Assembly: GCA_041492755.1 (NCBI GenBank)
Contig: JBGPXN010000128.1
Coordinates: 1 to 13,062, forward strand
Length of the DNA: 13,062 nt
Origin: Candidatus Methylomirabilia bacterium
GTDB taxonomy: Bacteria > Methylomirabilota > Methylomirabilia > Rokubacteriales > CSP1-6
Reading direction: 5' to 3'
The notes under the pieces are model-generated. The model had not been told where the DNA came from. It saw only the letters and a program-made list of their open reading frames with translations, and ran no database searches. How positions within the stretch are numbered: the first letter of the stretch is position 1; every line of letters starts with the position of its first letter. The position numbers were made by a program, and so were the translations under genes. This document shows positions 1 to 6,788 of this stretch, one piece after another.

Positions 1-65
1 CTGACCATTCGGGGAGGTCCGGGATCAATCCGAGCGGCCAAACCTCCTGGCGACCCGGGTGCGCT

Positions 66-509
66 CTACACCGACGAACCGAGATCCACGTTCTTCTCGA
101 GCCAGCGTTCGATGACGACCGCGAACTCGGCAGCGTCCTCGATCCATCCGAGCTCGTCGAAGAGACGCCCGTGATCGATATCGAGGTAGCCGTGGACGAG
201 AAGGTTGCGGAGGCGGACGGCCCCGGCGAGGCGTTCTGCCAGCGCAGCGGTGATCACGCCGCCGACGCCCAGCGCCGTCAGGGTTTCTGCATAGGATTCC
301 GGTGCGGACGCACCGCTGGCGGCGATGATGTGCAGGGCGATATCGGCACAGCCTTGCGCGAGCAGTTGCGCGTTGCGCGCCGCCCGGTCCTGAACCGCTT
401 CGTCGGAGACGAACGCGTGTCGCCCGCGTCCACGCAGCTCACGCAGCACGCGTAACGAGCGTTCCATGGCCCGGAGCCGTCGCCTGACGAGCGCCGCATC
501 AACGGGCAA
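66..509 (-). CDS. hepT: HepT-like HEPN ribonuclease toxin (DUF86 family), type VII TA
   Basis: C-terminal part of the 66..1061 ORF (..PVDAALVRRRL..CADIALHII..PESYAETL..RNLLVHGYLDID..) contains the HEPN RX4HXY motif RNLLVHGY. Likely start is TTG at 509-507, overlapping the mntA stop (499-501); alternative ATG at 467. About 147 aa. Confidence 0.9.
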   Translation of the reverse strand: MPVDAALVRRRLRAMERSLRVLRELRGRGRHAFVSDEAVQDRAARNAQLLAQGCADIALHIIAASGASAPESYAETLTALGVGGVITAALAERLAGAVRLRNLLVHGYLDIDHGRLFDELGWIEDAAEFAVVIERWLEKNVDLGSSV

Positions 510-951
510 AGCGGCCCTCGTGCAACCTCTGGGCGAGCCCCGCATCCAGCACTTGGCGGAGGTATGCCTCGTCGAGGTACTGACGCATGATCCGTTCCGC
601 GACCTGCGTGCGCCGCCGCGGCTCACGGTCGGCGAGCAGCACGCCGCGCGCGAGCACGCGATGCCCGAGCACGGTGGGCGCGTCCTCGAGGACGACGAGA
701 TCGACGGCGTCGGTCCCGAGGCGGCGGCAGGCGTCCGCCGTGAGGTCGAGCCGCTTCCGCCAGCGGGCGGTGTCATCCAGCCCGTCCCGGAGAACGACGG
801 CGAGATCGACGTCCGAGCGTGGTCCGGGATGGGATCCAGCGCGCGAGCCGAAGAGATAGATCGCGGCGATATCCGGGTCGCCCGCCCAGGCGTCTGCCAG
901 TGCGCGGATCCGGTGCTCCACATCTGCGGGAAGCGGGCGCTCCGCGAGCAC
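499..951 (-). CDS. mntA: MntA minimal nucleotidyltransferase (adenylyltransferase) antitoxin
   Basis: IYLFGSRAGSHPGPRSDVDLAV matches GSX10DXD; it is followed by VDLVVLEDAP. Lies directly upstream of and overlaps hepT. Start inferred at GTG 951-949; the ORF track's extension to 1083 does not look like MNT sequence. Confidence 0.9.
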   Translation of the reverse strand: MLAERPLPADVEHRIRALADAWAGDPDIAAIYLFGSRAGSHPGPRSDVDLAVVLRDGLDDTARWRKRLDLTADACRRLGTDAVDLVVLEDAPTVLGHRVLARGVLLADREPRRRTQVAERIMRQYLDEAYLRQVLDAGLAQRLHEGRFAR

Positions 952-957
952 GGTGAG

Positions 958-987
958 ATTGTGCAATGGAGTGGTGAGGAAGAGCAA
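958..987 (-). promoter_or_regulatory. Putative sigma70 promoter of mntA-hepT (possibly leaderless)
   Basis: Minus strand TTGCTC (987-982), 18-nt spacer, CACAAT (963-958), then 6 nt to the GTG at 951. No Shine-Dalgarno seen. Confidence 0.4.
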
Positions 988-1124
988 CCGCGGGGGCACG
1001 CTCCGCTCCGCCGGCCGCGGCACGGGTTCCCCGTCCACCTTCGAGGCAGTGCCGGGCTCAATGGCTCGGGATGCGATTGCCATAAAGCAGCGCTCTGGAT
1101 CCGGTGTGCCAGGGACTTATCGAG

Positions 1125-1159
1125 ATAGCCTTGACGCTATATTCCTTCCAGGCTATAGT
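1125..1159 (+). promoter_or_regulatory. sigma70 promoter of the toxin-HTH operon with overlapping inverted repeats (candidate operator)
   Basis: TTGACG (1131-1136), 17-nt spacer, TATAGT (1154-1159). Inverted repeats ATAGC-N6-GCTAT (1125-1140) and CTATA-N12-TATAG (1137-1158) overlap the promoter. Confidence 0.8.
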
Positions 1160-1181
1160 CGTGGTGTGCCTGAGGGACGCG

Positions 1182-1534
1182 ATGGGCCAGCCCGGGTGGA
1201 CGGTCGAAGACTTCGAGAGGGTACGCGGCGAGTTCCCGATCCGGACGTTCTTGGGCTCGCTCGACGGCCGGAACGCCCGTGAAGCCGCCGCGCTGGTCTT
1301 GAAGCTCGGCGCTCGCGGTAACCAGATGCGGCCGCCCGACTCGGAGCCCGTGACCGGCCAGCGCAACCTGTTCGAGCTTCGCGGCCACCAGGTACGGATC
1401 TTCTACTGCTTCCTGCCGGGCCGTGTGATCGTGCTGGTCGACGGGATGATCAAGAAGCAGGATAGGATCCCGACTGCCGACCGTGACCGGATGGTACGGT
1501 ACCGGCCGAGCGGCGCGGGCCGCGCGCGCCATAA
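1182..1534 (+). CDS. Type II toxin, RelE/ParE superfamily (Gp49/HigB-like), with apparent frameshift near the C-terminus
   Basis: ATG 1182 after GAGGG. MGQPGWTVEDF..PIRTFLGSLD..LFELRGHQVRIFYCF..VIVLVDGMIKKQDRIP is a typical Gp49-like pattern. There is no in-frame stop until 2009, but the -1 frame gives ..AERRGPRAP-TAA (1532-1534), which yields a normal ~117-aa size. Confidence 0.8.
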
Positions 1535-1550
1535 CAGCCGGCACGCGTCC

Positions 1551-1579
1551 ACACTCAATCACGCACAGACACTCAATCA
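1551..1579 (+). repeat. 11-bp direct repeat ACACTCAATCA x2
   Basis: Exact copies at 1551-1561 and 1569-1579 (18-bp period), abutting the AGGAGG ribosome-binding site of the antitoxin. Confidence 0.85.
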
Positions 1580-1590
1580 GGAGGCGACCG

Positions 1591-1947
1591 ATGGCCAAGA
1601 AGGGGGCGACGCCCCAGTCCCCGCCGACGGTGATGGAATGGGCCCGCCGGCTCGCGGCGGATCCGGAGCACCAGGACGCGATCGAAGCGCTGATGACGGA
1701 GATCGACCTCCGCCAGGACCTCATCGCGCTCCGCGAGGCGCGCGGCATCACCCAGGTCGAGCTCGCGAAGCGACTCGGCGTGAGTCAGCCGGTGATCGCG
1801 AAGCTCGAGGGCGGCAAGACCAAAGATGTGAAGCTCAGCACGCTCGTCCGCGTGGCGGCCGCGCTGGGGGCTCGGGTGAAGATCGCGCTCGAGCAGACCG
1901 ACGAGGCAGCCAAGCCGAAGCGGCAGCGGAAAACGCGGGCGGCCTAA
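1591..1947 (+). CDS. XRE-family helix-turn-helix antitoxin (HigA-like)
   Basis: AGGAGG at 1579-1584, ATG 1591. LIALREARGITQVELAKRLGVSQPVIAKLEGG..VKLSTLVRVAAALG is a classic XRE HTH. Lies directly downstream of the toxin; 118 aa. Confidence 0.92.
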   Translation: MAKKGATPQSPPTVMEWARRLAADPEHQDAIEALMTEIDLRQDLIALREARGITQVELAKRLGVSQPVIAKLEGGKTKDVKLSTLVRVAAALGARVKIALEQTDEAAKPKRQRKTRAA

Positions 1948-2029
1948 GTTCTTGTCGCAGCGCCTGGAGGAGGATCGATGTCCGACGTCCGCGATATTTC
2001 TCTCTCTGAACGGCTCCTCGATGTAACGA

Positions 2030-2114
2030 ACCCGTCCCTCGTGGCCGGCCGCGCGCTCGCGGGCCCGGTAGCGCTCGATGAAGGCGGTGGTCCGCGGCCG
2101 CTCGCGGGCGAGCG
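2030..2114 (-). pseudogene. Partial diverged copy of mtgA (LARERPRTTAFIERYRARERAAGHEGRV)
   Basis: 85 bp align without gaps to 4746-4830 with 8 mismatches by manual count; 7 of them are at synonymous third positions. Confidence 0.92.
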
Positions 2115-2179
2115 AGGGTCCCATCTTCGTCCTCTTCGTCGGCAACGTTTCTTCGCCGACCCCAGCATCTGCGCCTACT

Positions 2180-2215
2180 TTGCCCGGGTCGATGTGATGC
2201 TGTAGCATCTGATGC
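2180..2215 (+). promoter_or_regulatory. sigma70 promoter and palindromic operator of vapBC; likely leaderless mRNA
   Basis: TTGCCC (2180-2185), 17-nt spacer, TAGCAT (2203-2208), 7 nt to ATG 2216, no Shine-Dalgarno. Palindromes GATGC-TGTA-GCATC (2196-2209) and GCATC-T-GATGC (2205-2215) cover the -10 and start site. Confidence 0.7.
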
Positions 2216-2455
2216 ATGCGCACCACGCTTGATATCGACGACGATGTGCTACGGGCCGCCAGGGAACTCGCCCGCCGCGAGAAGAAGACGGCGGGCCGCG
2301 TGATCTCCGAACTGGCCCGAAGGGCCCTGGCCGCGCCCCCCGAGGGCGTCACCAAGGAAGCCCGGGCCCTGTACGGCTTTCGGCCGTTTCCGAAGCGTGG
2401 TGGGATCGTGACCAACGAATTGATCGACCGATTGCGGGAGGACGACGCCTATTGA
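2216..2455 (+). CDS. vapB: VapB-type ribbon-helix-helix (CopG-like) antitoxin
   Basis: MRTTLDIDDDVLRAARELARREKKTAGRVISELARRAL is an RHH N-terminus. Its TGA overlaps the ATG of the PIN gene (TGATG); 79 aa. Confidence 0.9.
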   Translation: MRTTLDIDDDVLRAARELARREKKTAGRVISELARRALAAPPEGVTKEARALYGFRPFPKRGGIVTNELIDRLREDDAY

Positions 2456-2883
2456 TGCGTGCGCTGCTGGACGTCAACGTTCTGATCGCGCTGCTCGATC
2501 CCGACCACTCGCTGCATCAGCGGGCGCGGGAATGGTTCAGCCGAAATGCTCCGAGCGGTTGGACGTCATGCCCCATCACCCAGAATGGCTGCGTGCGCAT
2601 CATGTCGCATCCAGGCTACCCGCATCCGTTGCCGGTTCCTGCCGTCATGGAGCGACTGCGCGAGGCGACGCGCAGTCCCTACCACGAGTTCTGGCCAGAC
2701 GACGTCAGCTTGCTGGACCCGCGGATCGCCGACGCCAGTCGCATCCACGGCCCCCGTCAACTGACTGACCTCTATCTGCTCGCGCTTGCCGTCGGCCGAG
2801 GCGGACGGTTCGCCACGTTCGATGCCTCGGTGCCCGTGAGCGCGATCAAGGGGGCCGAGAAGAGACACGTGGTGGCCCTGTAG
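2455..2883 (+). CDS. vapC: VapC PIN-domain ribonuclease toxin
   Basis: MRALLDVNVLIALLD..H..H..AREWF..QLTDLYLLALA..FATFD shows the PIN-domain acidic residues. Translationally coupled to vapB. Confidence 0.93.
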   Translation: MRALLDVNVLIALLDPDHSLHQRAREWFSRNAPSGWTSCPITQNGCVRIMSHPGYPHPLPVPAVMERLREATRSPYHEFWPDDVSLLDPRIADASRIHGPRQLTDLYLLALAVGRGGRFATFDASVPVSAIKGAEKRHVVAL

Positions 2884-2899
2884 ACGGCGACTTCCTTCC

Positions 2900-4192
2900 T
2901 CAGGGCTCTTCCCGCCACGCCGCCGCCCGCGACGCCGGCGGGGTCCTCACGTCGCGCGCGAGCAGGGCCAGAGCGATCAGCGCCACGACGATCGCGTTGA
3001 TCGCCAGCGACCGATGGATGTCGATGGCGGCGCCAAGGACGCCGATGGTGACGCCGCTGCCCGCCCGGAGCCCCATCATCGCGGTGTTGAAGAGGCCCAC
3101 GATCCTTCCGCGCAGGCGGGACGGCGCCAGGAGCTGCACGAGCGTCTGGGCCATCGACGTGTACGCGACGTTGAAGAGGCCGGCGAGTATCAACAGAGCA
3201 ACGGCGAGCGGATAGCTTCTCGCCATCGAGAAGAGCGCCATCGTCACGCCCCATGCCGCCGCGCACGCGATCGTGAAGCGGACGCCCGGCCGCACGAACG
3301 AGACGCTCTCGAGGAGCATCACGCCGATCAAGCCACCGGCCGCGTTGGCGGCGAGGAGCCCGCTGTACCACGCACCGTGGTCATCGGCGCCAAGATCGTG
3401 CGCGTACTCCGGCATCTGAACCTGAAAGGCGTTGCCCACGAAGAACGAGGTGGCGCCGGCCAGCAGGACCATGGTGATGATCCGCGGCTCGGCGCGCGCC
3501 TCGATGAAGACGCGCCAGACGTCGCCGAGCCCCAGGCGCGCCGTCCGTGACGCCGCCTCTCCCTCGCGCGAGTGACCGGTGTAGGGCATCAGCATCAAGT
3601 AGATGGACACCGGCAGGTAGAGCGCGAGGTTCGCCACGAGGCCCCACCCCGGGCCCAGCGCGAGCATCAACCCGCCGCCGATGGCCGGTCCCAGCAGGGT
3701 GGCCAGGTACCGGGCGGTCGCGTTGAGCCGGATTGCGCTGTAGAGCTGGGAGGTGCCCACGATGTCGTGGACGACGAGCTGGGCCGCCGGACCATTGATG
3801 ACACCGGCCGCCCCGTGAATGAGAAGAATCGCCCCGGCATGCCAGGTCCGGAGCGCACCGGTGAGGAAGAGCAATCCCCACGAGAGCGACGCCAGCGCGA
3901 AGAGACCCTGCGAGACGAGGATCAGCTTGCGGCAGTCGAAGCGATCGGCGAGGGCGCCCGAGTAGACGGAGAAGAGCAGATAGGGCACCCAGTGACTGAT
4001 CACGGCGAAGCCGCCGAGCGTCGGCGAGTGAAAGGCCTGAAAGATGACGAAATAGCTGATCACGTGCTCGATGTTCTCGGCGATCAGCCCGACGAAGGTG
4101 GTGACGATGTATCGACGATAATCGCGATGGTGGAGCGCGCTGAAGCGTCTTCCGGCAGGGGCCGGTGTCGCGGAAGCGGGCGGTCGGATCAC
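2900..4192 (-). CDS. MFS transporter (H+ antiporter / transmembrane secretion effector-like)
   Basis: 430 aa with about 12 hydrophobic segments, motif A GALADRFDCRK, FSALHHRDYRRY N-terminus, and QTLVQLLAPSRLRGRIVG. Confidence 0.92.
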   Translation of the reverse strand: MIRPPASATPAPAGRRFSALHHRDYRRYIVTTFVGLIAENIEHVISYFVIFQAFHSPTLGGFAVISHWVPYLLFSVYSGALADRFDCRKLILVSQGLFALASLSWGLLFLTGALRTWHAGAILLIHGAAGVINGPAAQLVVHDIVGTSQLYSAIRLNATARYLATLLGPAIGGGLMLALGPGWGLVANLALYLPVSIYLMLMPYTGHSREGEAASRTARLGLGDVWRVFIEARAEPRIITMVLLAGATSFFVGNAFQVQMPEYAHDLGADDHGAWYSGLLAANAAGGLIGVMLLESVSFVRPGVRFTIACAAAWGVTMALFSMARSYPLAVALLILAGLFNVAYTSMAQTLVQLLAPSRLRGRIVGLFNTAMMGLRAGSGVTIGVLGAAIDIHRSLAINAIVVALIALALLARDVRTPPASRAAAWREEP

Positions 4193-4207
4193 TTGCGCGA
4201 TGGTACC

Positions 4208-4969
4208 TCAGAACGCGGTTGCCCCAGAGCCCGGGGGGGTGGCCTTCGCCATTCGCCTGAGGATCGCTTCGACGTAGCGCCGGTAGTCCCGGCTCTCCAC
4301 GCCCGGGTGCCAGCGCGAGGGAAGGGGCAGGCCGGCGGCGAGCTGGGCAGCCTCAGCCTCGGTCAGATCGAGCGCCGGCTTCCCGAAGTAGTGGCGGCTC
4401 GCCGCCTCGCACCCGTAGATGCCGGGCCCGAACTCGACCGCGTTGAGGTACAGCTCGAGGATCCGCCGCTTGCCCAGCGTGCGCTCGAGCTGCACCGTGA
4501 GCAGCGCCTCCTTCGCCTTCCGGAGCGGGTTGCGCGAGGGTGAGAGCCAGAGGTTCTTGGCGAGCTGCTGGGTGATCGTGGACGCACCGCGAGGAAGCTC
4601 GCGCTCCTCGATCGCGCGCGTGAGCGCCTGCTGCACCTCGCCGAGCGCGAAGCCATGGTGGGAAAAGAAGTCGACGTCCTCCGCGACGATGACGGCCCGC
4701 TTGAGGTGAGCCGAGATGCGCGCATAGGCCACCCAGCTCCAGGCCACGCGTCCCTCGCGGCCGGCGGCACGCTCACGGGCCCGGTAGCGCTCGATGAAGG
4801 CGGTGGTTCGCGGTCGCTCACGGGCGAGCGCGGCGACGGGCGGCCAGGTGAGCGCCTCGTAGGCGACCCAGGCCGCGAGGCCCAGCAATGCGACCGCCAG
4901 AATCCGACGCAGCCAGCGGCGCGCGCCACGTCGCGGACCGCGCTGGATGCGTTGCGAGCGCCGGATCAC
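4208..4969 (-). CDS. mtgA: Monofunctional biosynthetic peptidoglycan transglycosylase (GT51)
   Basis: N-terminal TM anchor; GT51 motifs EDVDFFSHHG, GASTITQQLAKNL, RKAKE, KRRILELYLN, GCEAASRHYF; no transpeptidase domain. Exact start uncertain. Confidence 0.93.
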   Translation of the reverse strand: MIRRSQRIQRGPRRGARRWLRRILAVALLGLAAWVAYEALTWPPVAALARERPRTTAFIERYRARERAAGREGRVAWSWVAYARISAHLKRAVIVAEDVDFFSHHGFALGEVQQALTRAIEERELPRGASTITQQLAKNLWLSPSRNPLRKAKEALLTVQLERTLGKRRILELYLNAVEFGPGIYGCEAASRHYFGKPALDLTEAEAAQLAAGLPLPSRWHPGVESRDYRRYVEAILRRMAKATPPGSGATAF

Positions 4970-5003
4970 CGGCCGCCACCGGGCGTGCGAGGGCTCAGGT
5001 GGC

Positions 5004-5033
5004 AGCGGGGCGGCACAGCTCCGTGCCCTCGCT
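5004..5033. other. GC-rich intergenic hairpin (possible REP-like or mRNA-stability element)
   Basis: AGCGGG(GC)GGCAC-agctcc-GTGCCCTCGCT forms an imperfect stem between the dehydrogenase stop and the mtgA start. No U-tract follows. Confidence 0.3.
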
Positions 5034-5057
5034 CTGGGCCAACCGTGGGAAGCCGAT

Positions 5058-6044
5058 TTACTTCAGGCCCAGGCGCGCCTTCACCTCCGGGTTGACGAGC
5101 ACGTCCGGCATCTCGCCTCGCAGGATTCGCAGCATCTCGCCCGTCACCTGCAGCGACGCCGTGCGGGACGCTTCCGCCGTCACGCCCGCCACGTGCGACG
5201 AGCACACCACGTTCTCCAGATTGAACAGCGGGTTGTCGGTGGAGCTGGGCTCCTCCTCGAAGACGTCCAGCCCGGCCGCGGCGAGGTGCCCGCGCGTCAG
5301 CGCCTCGAAGATCGCGCGCTCCTGCTGGACCGGACCGCGCGAGGTGTTGATGTAGATCGAGCCCTTCTTCATCAGGCCGAGCGTCTTGTCGTTGATCATC
5401 CCCCGCGTCTCGGGCGTCAGCGGCGTGTGCGTGGTCAGGATGTTTATCTGGGGTAGCATCGCCTCGAGGCTCTTCTGCGGCTCCACGCCGCGTTGCCGTA
5501 GCTCGGCCTCCGAGACGTACGGGTCGTAGCCGAGGACCTTCATGCCGATGGCGCCGGCGAACTTCGCCACGCGGCGGCCGACGTTCCCGACGCCCACAAT
5601 GCCGAGCGTCTTGCCCCCCAGCTCCGTGTTGCCAACCCGCTGGCGCGCGCCCCAGTCGCCCTTGCGGGTGGCCTTGTCGATCGCGAACGTGCGCTTCACG
5701 CACGCGAGCATCAGCATCAGCGCGTGCTCCGCGACCGCCTGCGAATTCGAGCCGGGCGCGTGCACGACGGCGATGCCGCGACGGGTGGCGGCCGGGATGT
5801 CGACGGTGTCGAGGCCGACGCCGTGGCGGCCGATTACTTGGAGACTCGGACACGCGGCCATGAGGCTGTCCGAGGCGCGGGGCTTGGTCCGGAAGAGGAT
5901 CCCGTGCGCGCCCGAGGCGACCTTGACGAACGCGTCCTCGGTCTCCTCCTCGCACAGGACGACGTCGACCTCGCGCTCGAGCTGGGCGCGACCATCCGCG
6001 TGAGTGGGACCGGCGAGGACGACGAGCTTGCGGGACTCGGCCAT
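5058..6044 (-). CDS. D-isomer-specific 2-hydroxyacid dehydrogenase (SerA-like, no ACT domain)
   Basis: AAGGAG then ATG at 6044 (MAESRKLVV). Motifs RHGVGLDTVD, GVGNVG (Rossmann), INTSRG, LDVFEEEP, SHVAG; 328 aa. The ORF track's extension to 6548 runs through mosaic DNA. Confidence 0.93.
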   Translation of the reverse strand: MAESRKLVVLAGPTHADGRAQLEREVDVVLCEEETEDAFVKVASGAHGILFRTKPRASDSLMAACPSLQVIGRHGVGLDTVDIPAATRRGIAVVHAPGSNSQAVAEHALMLMLACVKRTFAIDKATRKGDWGARQRVGNTELGGKTLGIVGVGNVGRRVAKFAGAIGMKVLGYDPYVSEAELRQRGVEPQKSLEAMLPQINILTTHTPLTPETRGMINDKTLGLMKKGSIYINTSRGPVQQERAIFEALTRGHLAAAGLDVFEEEPSSTDNPLFNLENVVCSSHVAGVTAEASRTASLQVTGEMLRILRGEMPDVLVNPEVKARLGLK

Positions 6045-6310
6045 GCGGGAGTTCTCCTTTGGATGGCTCGCCTCGAACGCCGGGCGCCAGCCCCGGTCCG
6101 TTCTGCGGCTCGCAGTGTCATTCACTCGCTGCCATCCGTGGCAGTGCCGGATTCTACTCCCGGTGATGCGCCCGACCCAGTCGTTCCCGTCCTGCCTACG
6201 ACGAGCACAACCTCCTCGAGCCGCTCCCGCGGGGGCCGCGCGCGGGCGAAGGACGCGGCGAGGTACGTCAGGGGGCGGTGATGGTGACCCGCGAGGTCGG
6301 GCCGTCGACC

Positions 6311-6367
6311 ACGATGACGGCCGTGCGGTTGCCGAGATGCGCGCATAGGACACCCAGCTCCAGGCCA
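6311..6367 (-). pseudogene. Second partial copy of mtgA (AWSWVSYARISA..)
   Basis: 6331-6367 matches 4710-4746 at 36/37 nt. After an indel, ACGATGACGGCC (6311-6322) equals 4686-4697. Confidence 0.85.
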
Positions 6368-6372
6368 TACGT

Positions 6373-6558
6373 TCGTGCAACCGCCGGGCAAGCCCCGCAT
6401 CCAGCACTCGGCGGAGGTATGCCTCGTCGAGGTACTGACGCATGATCCGTTCCGCGACCTGCGTGCGCCGCCGCGGCTCACGGTCGGCGAGCAGCATGCC
6501 GCGCGCGAGCACTCGATGCCCGAGCACGGTGGGCGCGTCCTCGAGCACGACGAGATCG
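6373..6558 (-). pseudogene. Partial copy of the mntA 3' part (catalytic GSX10DXD motif missing)
   Basis: 186-bp ungapped match to 518-703 with 7 mismatches by manual count (4 synonymous; V>M, Q>R, Q>R). Confidence 0.95.
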
Positions 6559-6772
6559 CAGCTGTGATCTCGCGTTCGCCGCGCGCGAGCAGTCGGAGGA
6601 TCTGCCGCTCATGCTCGGCCCGTTCGTTTGCCTCAACGCTGAGCATGACGGCTGCCGCCCGCCCACGCTGCGTGATGACGACGGGCTGCTTTGATGCGCG
6701 AACGCGCTTGAGTGCGGCTGCCGCATCTTGACGCAGGCCGATGACCAAGATGATGTCCGGCATCTTGGCCAT
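6559..6772 (-). pseudogene. C-terminally truncated Phd/YefM-family antitoxin
   Basis: ATG 6772 after GGGGGA. MAKMPDII..LRQDAAAALKRVRASKQPVVITQRGRAAAVMLSVEA.ERAEHERQILRLLARGEREI contains the Phd/YefM signature (PVVITxxGRxxAV). It is cut at ~6560 by the mntA copy, and no toxin gene follows. Confidence 0.85.
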
Positions 6773-6788
6773 TGACGTCCCCCCCATG

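Noticed and set aside
66..1061. 331-aa ORF as a long HepT
   Set aside because: Sequence upstream of ~509 is an alternative frame of mntA. The same off-frame peptide reappears in the 6122..6880 ORF simply because the DNA is duplicated.
1040..1135. Plus-strand peptide RSGSGVPGTYRDSL resembling the HepT P.SY.E segment
   Set aside because: Too short and weak to distinguish from chance, and it overlaps the toxin promoter. A profile search would be needed.
1551..1579. CRISPR-like repeat
   Set aside because: Only two 11-bp units with a 7-bp gap, and no cas genes.
2138..2160. GTCGGC-N11-GCCGAC hairpin as a terminator
   Set aside because: Short stem, long loop and no U-tract on either strand; expected by chance at this GC content.
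5058..6548. 496-aa ORF suggesting an MntA-dehydrogenase fusion protein
   Set aside because: The N-terminal extension is mntA and mtgA scraps plus low-complexity sequence that stays open by chance in high-GC DNA. The dehydrogenase has its own AAGGAG and ATG at 6044.
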